Origin: a virus
DNA length: 64,000 nucleotides
Strand: one strand, 5' to 3'
IMG/VR virus record: IMGVR_UViG_3300011113_000396
Location: 1 to 64,000 of that record
Part shown: positions 8,506 to 17,718 of the stretch, one piece after another
Position numbering within the stretch: position 1 is the stretch's first letter
Layout of the letters: each line of letters begins with the position of its first letter
The notes under the pieces: model-generated
The model's database searches: none
What the model was told of the DNA's origin: nothing
Seen by the model: the letters and a program-made list of their open reading frames with translations, nothing else
Position numbers and translations under genes: made by a program

Positions 8506-8622
8506 TGGGAATCCATATGGGATTTGCACCCATTTTCTAGTTTTATCGGTTAATTAAATAAACCGTTTTACACTAGAGCGAGTCTTGTCAACTCCGCGTG
8601 TTCCTACCACGCCGATGGAACC
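8506..8622 (-). ncRNA. Aberrant 117-nt tRNA-like RNA with long variable arm and encoded CCA
   Basis: Acceptor GGTTCCAT/ATGGATTC + CCA; D-stem GCGTG/CACGC; non-canonical anticodon loop; ~45-nt variable hairpin; T-arm ATGGG-TGCAAAT-CCCAT. Confidence 0.65.
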
Positions 8623-8627
8623 ATAAA

Positions 8628-8702
8628 CATTCCCGACAGGATTTGCACCTGTGACCTAATGCTTAGAAGGCATTTGCTCTAATCTAACTGAGCTACGGGA
8701 AT
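8628..8702 (-). tRNA. tRNA-Arg(TCT)
   Basis: ATTCCCG...CGGGAAT-G; AATGC-CTTCTAA-GCATT anticodon arm; variant T-loop TGCAAAT. Confidence 0.9.
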
Positions 8703-8708
8703 ATGTCT

Positions 8709-9026
8709 TTACTCACTGAGTCGAAGACCGCTACCTAGAATCGGTCCAGATCCCATATTGCCTGTAAAGATACCAGTTGAAGCCTCAATATACTTGGCTT
8801 CCATTTCCTTGACTGGTTCAGTTTCGAACACCACAAAGATGTCAGAAATTTCAAGACCATCGCCATGATTTGCATATGGCATATATGGAGCAAAACCAAT
8901 CTTCCCATCACCAACAGGAATCAGAATAAATGGCTTCTGAATCGTGTAGGATGCTGTAGTTTCATCAAATGAAACCTTGCCGATAAGTTCTTCACCACTA
9001 GAAAGACGTAGAATAAGTGTTTGCAT
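8709..9026 (-). CDS. Sm-like domain protein (T4 gp61.1-like)
   Basis: ILRLSSGEELIG...FAPYMPYA motif. Confidence 0.65.
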   Translation of the reverse strand: MQTLILRLSSGEELIGKVSFDETTASYTIQKPFILIPVGDGKIGFAPYMPYANHGDGLEISDIFVVFETEPVKEMEAKYIEASTGIFTGNMGSGPILGSGLRLSE

Positions 9027-9519
9027 GTTCTTTTTCCTTTATTGCATCAGTATACCAAAACGGACAGGGATTGCAAGACCACTTGGCGAATTTACTTTTT
9101 TCGCCAACATAGTATGCACGATATGCTCGGACAGCATCGTCAGATACCTTGTATTTATCAGGCATTGCCTGAGCAAATGGGGTAAGGTCTTTGTTGATAA
9201 AGTCCGGTCGCATTTGAAACATTTCGTAGATAAGAGGCTCAGATTTGTGCTGACGCTCATATCGTTGACTATAGTAATAGCAGAGACTGCGAGCGTGAGT
9301 TGCAAGCCATTCGTAATTGGCAGAAGATTCGGCAACCCACTGGGTGCATGGATGATTTACAAAACACTTCTTGTAGAGTGGAAGGTTGTGTGGATTGTTA
9401 GAAAGATGATGAACTGTAGAAAGCATTTGAGCACTTTCAAGAATCATCTTTACAACATGCTTATCGCACATGTAACTGGCTGCAATTACTGGGTCATTGT
9501 CAAGCACAAAAATATTCAT
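8998..9519 (-). CDS. denV: Pyrimidine-dimer DNA glycosylase / endonuclease V family
   Basis: MNIFVLD.DP..AA.YMCDKHVVKMILESAQML, NHPCTQW, FAQAMPD, AYRAYY motifs. Confidence 0.8.
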   Translation of the reverse strand: MNIFVLDNDPVIAASYMCDKHVVKMILESAQMLSTVHHLSNNPHNLPLYKKCFVNHPCTQWVAESSANYEWLATHARSLCYYYSQRYERQHKSEPLIYEMFQMRPDFINKDLTPFAQAMPDKYKVSDDAVRAYRAYYVGEKSKFAKWSCNPCPFWYTDAIKEKEHANTYSTSF

Positions 9520-9765
9520 TTATTGATCCGGGGGTTTGGGTTTAGTCAAGAACTTGTCAGTATATACCAGACTGACACCCGGTATCTTAGTCATATCGTT
9601 TGCATAGTCAATAGCTTTTTTGTGAAGATCTGAATTTAGTTCTTCAATGTAAGTAGTGTAATTGGTGAAGTACATTACTAGCCAAAGCATGAGTAATTCT
9701 TCATCAGACATCTTATTTACATTAATATTTTTCATAAGTTCTTCTGAATCACCAAACATGTTCAT
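9520..9765 (-). CDS. Hypothetical protein
   Basis: 81-aa ORF tightly packed between guaC and denV. Confidence 0.6.
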   Translation of the reverse strand: MNMFGDSEELMKNINVNKMSDEELLMLWLVMYFTNYTTYIEELNSDLHKKAIDYANDMTKIPGVSLVYTDKFLTKPKPPDQ

Positions 9766-10787
9766 TCTCCAAAAACTTTGTTATATTGGTTGTTAACTCT
9801 TACGAATTGTGCGTTGGTGTGTAGATCGTTTAGATTTCTCGCACCAACATATGTGCAAGCAGATCGAACTCCACCCATAATTTCTTTAACTGTGTTAGCC
9901 ACTTCGCCGCGCTCTTCAACGATAATCTTCTTACCTTCAGCACATCGATAATCGGGTCGATGATTATAGTGATTTGTCATAGCATGTTCGGATGCCATTC
10001 CATAGAACGTAGGAACTGACTTACCTTGAGTATAGTCGTATTCCCATCCACCAGACTCATCGTGGCCTGCTAGCATACCTCCAAGCATGACCATCTTAGC
10101 ACCAGCGGCGAAAGCCTTGGCGACATCACCGGGATGTACGCACCCACCATCCGCGACTATACCCGAGAACCCCGGCAGACTCTTTGCACCTTCGACGCAA
10201 TTGTGGACTGCCGAAAACTGGGGATACCCGACTCCGGTCATCTTGCGTGTCGTACATGCGCTGCCGGGGCCGATTCCAACCTTTACAAAGTCTGCTCCTT
10301 CGTTCCATAGTGCTTCTACTCCTTCTTGGGTGACTACATTTCCTGCAATAATATTTACACGATCTCCGTACTTACTACGAATGTTTTTTACCAGTACTTT
10401 GAAATTATCGATATAACCATTGGCTACATCAATACAAACAAATCGGAAAAAGTTTTCCTTTTCCATAAGTTTATAAAAAGTCTGTTGTGATGGAGTATCC
10501 ATACCAATAGTTGGTACTGAGAAATACTGCACATCTTTTGCCAGAGATTCTAGATCATTTGTGCTGTAGTGCTTGTGCAGACACGTTAGCCACATATGCT
10601 TGGTCAAGGCTTCGGCCATATTCAGAGTTCCCGTCGTAGCCATGTTAGCTGCTACAATAGGAACACCTGTCCATGGAATTCTTCCGATGGTTCTAAGTAG
10701 AGACACATCGGATCTGGAATTGACCTTAGATGCTTGTGGAACGATCAGGACATCAGAGTAATCTAGTTGGGTTTCTTTGATTTGCAT
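9762..10787 (-). CDS. guaC: GMP reductase
   Basis: LDYSDVLI, AANM, CIDVANGY, KVGIGPGSACTTR..TGVGYPQ, ADGG, FYGMAS, GGVRSACTYVGA; no CBS domains. Confidence 0.92.
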   Translation of the reverse strand: MQIKETQLDYSDVLIVPQASKVNSRSDVSLLRTIGRIPWTGVPIVAANMATTGTLNMAEALTKHMWLTCLHKHYSTNDLESLAKDVQYFSVPTIGMDTPSQQTFYKLMEKENFFRFVCIDVANGYIDNFKVLVKNIRSKYGDRVNIIAGNVVTQEGVEALWNEGADFVKVGIGPGSACTTRKMTGVGYPQFSAVHNCVEGAKSLPGFSGIVADGGCVHPGDVAKAFAAGAKMVMLGGMLAGHDESGGWEYDYTQGKSVPTFYGMASEHAMTNHYNHRPDYRCAEGKKIIVEERGEVANTVKEIMGGVRSACTYVGARNLNDLHTNAQFVRVNNQYNKVFGE

Positions 10788-11257
10788 AGTTGCTTGAGAT
10801 TATACCACACTGTCTGTGAAATTCCAAGCAATGACTTCATGAAATTCTTAACTGAGAACTTTCCCCGTACTGGTTTCCAAAGTTTCTTTGGACATGTGGC
10901 ACCAGCAACAGTTAACTTTACAGTTAACCTTGCTCTTGGGTTCATTCCACAACCGCATAGTTTGCAATATCCTATCGGATCTTGTGGGGATTTAGCAAGA
11001 CCGGGACAGCTGAGGCACTGTTCTTTTCTGGCCTCAAATACTTTCTTGGATACTTCTGTAGTAAACGCGCTGTTTAATTCAAATATAAAATATGAAATTA
11101 TTTTTTTTAACTTATTTGATAATTTAAATGTTTTAATTATTTTGTTTTTTTGGTTTGCATTTATCAATATCAACGGAGAGTAAATATTTTTATTTTCTGG
11201 ATTTTTAATAGAAGGTAATTTAGAATTAAATTTTTCTATTACTCTAAATTTTTTCAT
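10763..11257 (-). CDS. Cys-rich small protein (DUF6171-like)
   Basis: R...CLSCP...CKLCGC...K......CP...W pattern; start MKKF overlaps the upstream stop. Confidence 0.6.
   Translation of the reverse strand: MKKFRVIEKFNSKLPSIKNPENKNIYSPLILINANQKNKIIKTFKLSNKLKKIISYFIFELNSAFTTEVSKKVFEARKEQCLSCPGLAKSPQDPIGYCKLCGCGMNPRARLTVKLTVAGATCPKKLWKPVRGKFSVKNFMKSLLGISQTVWYNLKQLCKSKKPN
10799..10827 (-). promoter_or_regulatory. Sigma70-type promoter for the guaC-denV-tRNA operon
   Basis: TTGGAA-17 nt-TATAAT with TG extension, 11 nt before the guaC ATG. Confidence 0.65.
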
Positions 11258-14200
11258 TGCTTGATTCTCCAGCAACCAATAAGACCTTGTTCTCTTGCCC
11301 AGTTCGCAAAATCTAAATTATCTTGTTGATTTAATGCATTTTCATGAACAAATATATTATTACCACCACAATCACTACAATCATATTGAGAATTAGAAGT
11401 AAATGGATCAAGTCCATCTAAGCAATTTCTACAACATCCTGTTGTTGTATCTAATGGAGTATCTGGGTCGTTAAGATCAAAACATTTTTCATTAGTAGAA
11501 TCAAAATTATCACAATAAACACTTATATTGGGAGGAGTATAATCATCCGGATCAGGAGCAACATAGCAGAATCCATTAACAAGATAATCATTGACATTAT
11601 TGCATGTAACACCATTATATAATGATGTATTTAATTGACACGGTGCATTTATATTTGTAAATTTTCCTAGCCCATCACTATACAATTTCAACCCGGCACA
11701 TAAAGATATAGCAATATAATTGCAAATATAATTATGCTCTGTGCGTGGATTGTTCAATTGACTTTCAAATTCACCATAATTATAAGTTGATGGTCCTGAT
11801 TGGCATTCAAAGGATTGTATTGTGCCTATATCACTGGCTAAACATGATTGTTTGGGAATCACAATATCTTTAATAACTCCAGTAAAAAATCCACCGCACG
11901 CGCAAAAATTACCTTTATATCGGTTGATCATTGCTTCATTTGTCATTCCTATAAAATTTAATTGTTCTTTAGTTACATTGAATAAAATTTTTGAACAATC
12001 GAATTGATTATCTGAAGTATAAATTAATTGGTTGTTATGGTCTGGAATGCATAAGCCCCAAGTTACTCCTCCAAATGGATATGGATCGGGCGCAACTGAA
12101 TTAAATTCTGGAGTTATAGATTGAGAATTTAAATATGATCCCGGAACATTATCATATCCATCTTGTTGTGGTGTTATAACTGGGGCACCAGTTGCTGGAC
12201 TAATGTCGTATCTTCCGGAAAATGCACTTGAAAATGCTAAAACCATACCTTTTTCAGCACTGTATTGGCCAAAATCAAAAGTTGTAGGCTTTCCGGCTTC
12301 TACCCAATCTTTAAATGCTTCTTGTGGATATTTCGGACTTCTACACCAGATAGATGCTATATTTTGACAATTTTCATCAAAATTTACAGACATTCCACAT
12401 CCACCACATTTACTTACTAATTCACAGCATTCTGAATTGAACATTCCAGTAAAATTTGCGTATGGAATGCTATATGGATATGATGGTGCAGCTTCCCAAA
12501 ATTTTTGCGGAGGTAAACCAAATGGCCATTCAGTTATATCACCCTGAGCTGTGATTGCTCTATGTACTTGTACATTTGTGTTTTCGCAAAAATCATATTG
12601 AATTGTATCGTCGCACTCATATGTTACAGGTTCTACATTAAAACCAAAAACATCATCAGGCACAGTATTTGGATCGGTTCTTCTGAACGCTATTGGACCA
12701 TACCAGCCAAAATCATATGAAATAATATCAATGTCATTATTATATGGTATTTGAGTTGAACTTGCAAGATCGGTTTCTACAAAAACACCAGCACATCCAG
12801 ATGTTTTTGTGCCAAATCCAGCACCACCAACAAGTGGGGACGCAGAACAAGAAGCATTAAAAGATTTAAATCTTGCATCATTCCAAAGATATTCGTTTGT
12901 AGAAGAACAAGGCCGTCCCCAACATACCGCACAATTATCTTTAGTTTTTGTCAGAGGAATATTAAAAGTGGTGTTTTTATAATTATCTTTTTCTTCTTCT
13001 GTTCTTTTTATTACTCTATGCGGGGTCACCGTGGTGTCCCACTTCATTTCTCTACTTTGATAGCGAACAAATGATACTTCATTTCTCCCAGCCGGTCTAA
13101 CTTCAAAATATTGCTCAGTACCAGCACTACCGGGACAATCTACGGCACTGCCATTCACTACCTGAATTGGATTACTATGAGTTCCTAAAAATACATCTGG
13201 GTGTTGAGAATATGTTGATCTTCCACAATAAGGATCATTTACCCACCCGGTTTGAATTGGTCCAATAGGAGAAACACAACCTTCTCTAATACAATTTGTT
13301 CCCGGATTCCATGCAAAATCAAAATCACCCCTATCTCCATCAACTGGAACAGTGCAATTGTTTAATTGTGAATGAGCTAAAACTCTTGAAAATGATGGCC
13401 ATTCAAGCAAACTTTCTGGCCCTTGTACATATCCATATTTTCTAAAAAACCAGTTATTTTCCGGTCTAGATAGTGTATTAAACGCACCACCTGTTTCATC
13501 TGGATCTGTGTCATCTGGTTCGCTTGTTGTGGGTGGCGGCCCAGCCTGTTGAACTAATCCTTGACCCCATGCTGCAAATTCCCATCTTCCGGGCTGCACA
13601 AGCATGTAAGTATATGTTATTTGAGATAATTTTGCTATTAGTCCTATTTTTCTTGCATTTCTTGTAGGTTCATCATCATCTGGATAACTCGTATCCCAAA
13701 TTTTATTAATAGGGTTAAATACATTTACATATTTCATGGCTTGTAAATTTTTTAACTCTTCATTTACATCGCCATTTTCATCCTTAAACATACATTCGGC
13801 ATCCGGATTGAAATTTGATATTATTTCATTAATATCAAATGGCATAAAAACATTTACTAATTCATTTCCTTCTAATTCATCAAATAATCCATTTACGGAT
13901 AAAGCTCTTCGTCTTTTGCGGACAGGTCCTAATGGCAAAGGGAATGATTTTTCAATATAGTTAGATCGTTCATACTCAGGCAAATTTCTAAAAGATTGTA
14001 TTAATTCAGCAGAAGTTCCATTTATTGGTACAGGTCTTTCAATTTCTAATTCTCCGAAAAGATCAAAGGTAATACCAGTTAATCCCAATGATTCTCTATA
14101 ATAACTTTCAGCTATTATTATTTCTTCATAAGCTTCTTGTCTCCAATCCTTGACTAAAATATTTTGAAATCTTCTTCTAGTCAATTCATTAATATATTCA

Positions 14201-15468
14201 CGAACAAAATAAATTGCTGTTCCATCCGGATAAGGTTGATCGGGGAATGGAGCAAAATTACCTATTGGATTATTAAAATATGCAGTAAAAGACCGCATAA
14301 AAGTAATTAAACTGTCTTTATCGAAAAAGGCTGCTGAAGATGGATCTTCAAGAAGAAATTCATCAATATCAAATTCAAAAAATGGTATTGCAGAACAGCC
14401 GTAAATAAATCTTCTAGGTATTATGTAACTCAGAGGATATGTTATTTGTAAATCACCTAAATCAGGATAACATGCATTGGCTTCTCCTAATCCCCAATGG
14501 TGTTCGCATTGAATAAATGCGAGTATTTGCGCTCTTAGAGGTGTTTTATAAATTCCACCTTCTAAAAAACCACTTGGTTCCGTTAATGGCTGTCCTTGTG
14601 AAAAATAATTCACAGGTGTTGTAAATGGATATGGGTCGCCTTCGTTGTAAGAAAATATTTGCCATGCCCATGGATAATGTTCCTTCATTATTCTTCTTCT
14701 ATATGGAGATACTCCCATTTTATTACAATAATTTCTTATTTCTTCAGAACCATATCCGGCATTTGAAGCAATGGTTAGTGTCACACAACATCTATCTTCT
14801 GCTTCTGTTGAGCAAGGATAACCAACTTCTTTAGAAGGTCCGGAAACAAAAGGACCGAGCAAGGATCCTGTAAAAAATAAATCTTCAAAGAAATTAACGC
14901 CTAATCCTATACCGGCCTTCAAAGTGGTAAAAAATGCTGCAAATCCGTTATCTGAAGGATCTTTGCCGCCTCCGTAATAAGTTTGTGCTGTATCAAATCT
15001 GCCCTCAGATTTAGCATCATCACCCTCATCTAATTCATTGGGTATTAATGTGCCATTACATGCATCTCCCTGAAGTATTCTACTTTTATGTAAATTTGTA
15101 TTTGGTGAGACTGTTTCATTTCCCGGTCCACCAAATTGGGACGCACTAACATATTCGGTTGATTCACATTCTGGTACGTTAGTGGTGTAGTTAAGCATAT
15201 ATGAAGGATTCCACCAAATCCAATATGCACCCATATTCTTATATTCAAATTTTATTAATGGATCATTTAAAGTTGAATTAACTGGTGCAGCTCCAACATC
15301 AATTCCTTGATATAAAACTAAATCATCATTTGGATCAATTGGATTGCCAGACCAAGGCGTGATCCTATCTCCCCACATGCAGCTACTACAGCAAACATCT
15401 GGACATCCAGTTGGAGGGGGTGGTGGAGATTTAGTAGTTCCGCAGCAACAAGTAGATAAAAAAGTCAT
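11254..15468 (-). CDS. Very large Cys-rich protein (1404 aa), possibly a virion appendage
   Basis: Begins MTFLSTCCCG; many Cys clusters; acidic, Pro/Gly-rich. Confidence 0.7.
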   Translation of the reverse strand: MTFLSTCCCGTTKSPPPPPTGCPDVCCSSCMWGDRITPWSGNPIDPNDDLVLYQGIDVGAAPVNSTLNDPLIKFEYKNMGAYWIWWNPSYMLNYTTNVPECESTEYVSASQFGGPGNETVSPNTNLHKSRILQGDACNGTLIPNELDEGDDAKSEGRFDTAQTYYGGGKDPSDNGFAAFFTTLKAGIGLGVNFFEDLFFTGSLLGPFVSGPSKEVGYPCSTEAEDRCCVTLTIASNAGYGSEEIRNYCNKMGVSPYRRRIMKEHYPWAWQIFSYNEGDPYPFTTPVNYFSQGQPLTEPSGFLEGGIYKTPLRAQILAFIQCEHHWGLGEANACYPDLGDLQITYPLSYIIPRRFIYGCSAIPFFEFDIDEFLLEDPSSAAFFDKDSLITFMRSFTAYFNNPIGNFAPFPDQPYPDGTAIYFVREYINELTRRRFQNILVKDWRQEAYEEIIIAESYYRESLGLTGITFDLFGELEIERPVPINGTSAELIQSFRNLPEYERSNYIEKSFPLPLGPVRKRRRALSVNGLFDELEGNELVNVFMPFDINEIISNFNPDAECMFKDENGDVNEELKNLQAMKYVNVFNPINKIWDTSYPDDDEPTRNARKIGLIAKLSQITYTYMLVQPGRWEFAAWGQGLVQQAGPPPTTSEPDDTDPDETGGAFNTLSRPENNWFFRKYGYVQGPESLLEWPSFSRVLAHSQLNNCTVPVDGDRGDFDFAWNPGTNCIREGCVSPIGPIQTGWVNDPYCGRSTYSQHPDVFLGTHSNPIQVVNGSAVDCPGSAGTEQYFEVRPAGRNEVSFVRYQSREMKWDTTVTPHRVIKRTEEEKDNYKNTTFNIPLTKTKDNCAVCWGRPCSSTNEYLWNDARFKSFNASCSASPLVGGAGFGTKTSGCAGVFVETDLASSTQIPYNNDIDIISYDFGWYGPIAFRRTDPNTVPDDVFGFNVEPVTYECDDTIQYDFCENTNVQVHRAITAQGDITEWPFGLPPQKFWEAAPSYPYSIPYANFTGMFNSECCELVSKCGGCGMSVNFDENCQNIASIWCRSPKYPQEAFKDWVEAGKPTTFDFGQYSAEKGMVLAFSSAFSGRYDISPATGAPVITPQQDGYDNVPGSYLNSQSITPEFNSVAPDPYPFGGVTWGLCIPDHNNQLIYTSDNQFDCSKILFNVTKEQLNFIGMTNEAMINRYKGNFCACGGFFTGVIKDIVIPKQSCLASDIGTIQSFECQSGPSTYNYGEFESQLNNPRTEHNYICNYIAISLCAGLKLYSDGLGKFTNINAPCQLNTSLYNGVTCNNVNDYLVNGFCYVAPDPDDYTPPNISVYCDNFDSTNEKCFDLNDPDTPLDTTTGCCRNCLDGLDPFTSNSQYDCSDCGGNNIFVHENALNQQDNLDFANWAREQGLIGCWRIKQ

Positions 15469-15632
15469 AATTCAGCTTCAATTTTTTCAATCGTATCTCG
15501 TAGAGTCTTCATTTCGTTGGCAAGCGCACGCCAATCTTTTGTCTCTAGGAGATAGTCTTCGTATATATCAATGCAAGAATGCGCTTTTTTGATTATTGTA
15601 AGAAGAGATTCTTTAAGTTCTTGCTTGTCCAT
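15465..15632 (-). CDS. Small hypothetical protein (55 aa, not in ORF track)
   Basis: Translated by hand: MDKQELKESLLTIIKKAHSCIDIYEDYLLETKDWRALANEMKTLRDTIEKIEAEL; ATGA overlap with the next gene. Confidence 0.6.
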   Translation of the reverse strand: MDKQELKESLLTIIKKAHSCIDIYEDYLLETKDWRALANEMKTLRDTIEKIEAEL

Positions 15633-15635
15633 ATA

Positions 15636-16415
15636 CTATGTATTTTCATTATCTTCCCTCGTCACGATTGGAATCACATTTGTTTTAACTTCTGGTGCTT
15701 CAGTAATTTTGATTTTATTTCTTTTTACTTTCAATCCAGCACTGGTGATTTCTATGGGATTTTGTTTTACTTCAGTTTCTAATGGCTGTTGCGGTTGAAT
15801 AGCACCAAACGGTTTGCCCTCTTCTTTGGCACGATTGATAAGATCAACAATGTTGAGCATTCGTTCATTTTTCTTCTCTTCTTTTTGTGTTTTATCAACT
15901 TGAACATCTATGCTCTCTATAGTTCTATAATAAAAACTTCTATAGAATCTCAAATCCATATCAAAGACAGTTATAAGACCTGACTTTGGATATGGGGTTT
16001 CTATGATTGATGATTTCAGCCGAGAATTAACTCTCGGAACTCTAAGTTTTCCGAAGAACCTAGCTTTACCTGTTCTGCCAGCGTTACCCAAGTTGGTATT
16101 TCTGGTACAGGTCATGATTCTGGTTTGTCCGTTTGTGATTTTTCTAAAAGTCACAACACAAATATACTTTTCAAGTGCTTCCATCAATTCTGCCATTGAC
16201 AAAGAATCAGATGGAGCATAGTCAGAATCGGTTTGAGCAATTTTAAAAATTTCTCCATCCAACCGTTCCAATTTTATTTCTAAACTAGAAGCATCCTCTT
16301 CAGACTCTTCTTGTTTATTTTGTTCTTGTTGATCTGGAAATATTGATGATAGATCCAGCCCGTTGGTAAGAGGTTTTACTTTATCAAACGGATCAGGTTG
16401 TTGGTCTGGGGGCAT
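15636..16415 (-). CDS. SH3-fold (WYL_2/DUF2693-like) domain protein
   Basis: VVTFRKITNGQTRIMTCT...ITVFDMD...YRSF motif. Confidence 0.6.
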   Translation of the reverse strand: MPPDQQPDPFDKVKPLTNGLDLSSIFPDQQEQNKQEESEEDASSLEIKLERLDGEIFKIAQTDSDYAPSDSLSMAELMEALEKYICVVTFRKITNGQTRIMTCTRNTNLGNAGRTGKARFFGKLRVPRVNSRLKSSIIETPYPKSGLITVFDMDLRFYRSFYYRTIESIDVQVDKTQKEEKKNERMLNIVDLINRAKEEGKPFGAIQPQQPLETEVKQNPIEITSAGLKVKRNKIKITEAPEVKTNVIPIVTREDNENT

Positions 16416-17355
16416 TTGTACCTCCAGTTGTATTGGTTGGAACCACAGGCACTCCACCAAAGAATTGGTTATACCGATCTGTTAAATCAAATCCCTCTGG
16501 TACTCTATTTTTTAGATCAACTGGAGTATGATATTGTGATGGGGCTTCTGATTCCTTAGTCCCAGTTTCTTTGAATGGCTGCGACACTTTGAATATTTTT
16601 TCTACAACATAAGGAGATGCGAGTGTATCAGTTGGTCCTGCGGCCATATTGGCAAGGGTTTTTAGTTCAAAATCTCTGACTTCTGGTGTTACGTCACCAG
16701 TCTTATATTTTCCAAATGCTTCTTGTCCGCTAGCTGCATTTAATTCTGATGCTGCTTTTGTGTAGTCTGAAGTTCCGAAAACTAAATTATATACTTTAGA
16801 TCCTGCTAAAGCACCACCACCATAAGTACCAGCGGTTTTAAGATATTCCTTAATATTTTTTGTAGGAATTTCTACTCCACTTTTTAATTTTATAGAATCT
16901 GGTAAAATCTTGTCAACCAAACTAGATTGTGCTGATTGTATCAATAATTGGCCAATTATAGATCCGGTGACAGATTTAAAATTTTCTTCATGCTTCTTTC
17001 TGAATGTAGCAGGAGAATTTGCATCAGATACTTGTAGTGCTTGATAAATTTTATCGAATTTATCCATTTTAGTGATATCCATAATATCGATAAAATCTAC
17101 AGGAGAATTACCGATATTTAAATCACTTCTTACGGATAGAGTGTCTGGAGATTGTGTTTGTTTTTGCCCAGTGAATTTACCGCTATATGGATCAATACCC
17201 ATACTTCGTAAAGCTTTAGTTCTTGCATTCTCTGTCTCTGGGCTATATGGTGTGCTGCCAGATTGCGAAGGGACCGATTCTGGTTCTTGAATAGTTAGAA
17301 GTTTAAATGGATCAAATTCTTCTTGTTCAGTAATGTGCTTGCCAGATATACTCAT
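16393..17355 (-). CDS. Hypothetical protein
   Basis: 320-aa ORF in the operon; N-terminal HITE may be a gp21-type cleavage site. Confidence 0.6.
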   Translation of the reverse strand: MSISGKHITEQEEFDPFKLLTIQEPESVPSQSGSTPYSPETENARTKALRSMGIDPYSGKFTGQKQTQSPDTLSVRSDLNIGNSPVDFIDIMDITKMDKFDKIYQALQVSDANSPATFRKKHEENFKSVTGSIIGQLLIQSAQSSLVDKILPDSIKLKSGVEIPTKNIKEYLKTAGTYGGGALAGSKVYNLVFGTSDYTKAASELNAASGQEAFGKYKTGDVTPEVRDFELKTLANMAAGPTDTLASPYVVEKIFKVSQPFKETGTKESEAPSQYHTPVDLKNRVPEGFDLTDRYNQFFGGVPVVPTNTTGGTNAPRPTT

Positions 17356-17717
17356 TTTGCATAATCCATGAAAATAGTCTTATTAAACTGACTTATATTT
17401 TCTTCCTTTGCCGCATATCCCAAAATCATGTGATGGGCAATTATTAGCTTTTCAAGATCGTTGTCATTCTTATTTAAAGTGATTGAAACTTTTTCTGGAG
17501 CTAGCATTACTTCAAAATGTAAAAGACCTCGTAAAGCTATGGCAAGATTCTTTTCATTTAAGTGTTGTTTATTTGAATCTATAGTCGAAATCTGAAGAGT
17601 ATCGGTTTCTTCAAAATAGGAAAGTAAAAATACGATATCTTGGTATCCAGTTTCGACCTGTGTGCCAGATACTGTTTTGTAATAGAATCCTTTAGGGTGT
17701 TTTTTGAAGTTTATCAT
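17352..17717 (-). CDS. Hypothetical protein
   Basis: 121-aa ORF with ATGA overlap. Confidence 0.6.
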   Translation of the reverse strand: MINFKKHPKGFYYKTVSGTQVETGYQDIVFLLSYFEETDTLQISTIDSNKQHLNEKNLAIALRGLLHFEVMLAPEKVSITLNKNDNDLEKLIIAHHMILGYAAKEENISQFNKTIFMDYAK

Positions 17718-17718
17718 G

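Noticed and set aside
8506-8622. Calling the odd RNA tRNA-Sec, tRNA-His, tRNA-Cys or tmRNA
   Set aside because: No TCA or GTG anticodon, no U33-type loop, and far too short for tmRNA.
8977-9633. 218-aa plus-strand ORF and the many other short antisense or alternate-frame ORFs in the track
   Set aside because: They lie opposite or inside well-supported genes (denV, guaC, gp20, gp23 and others) and have no recognisable motifs; treated as shadow ORFs.
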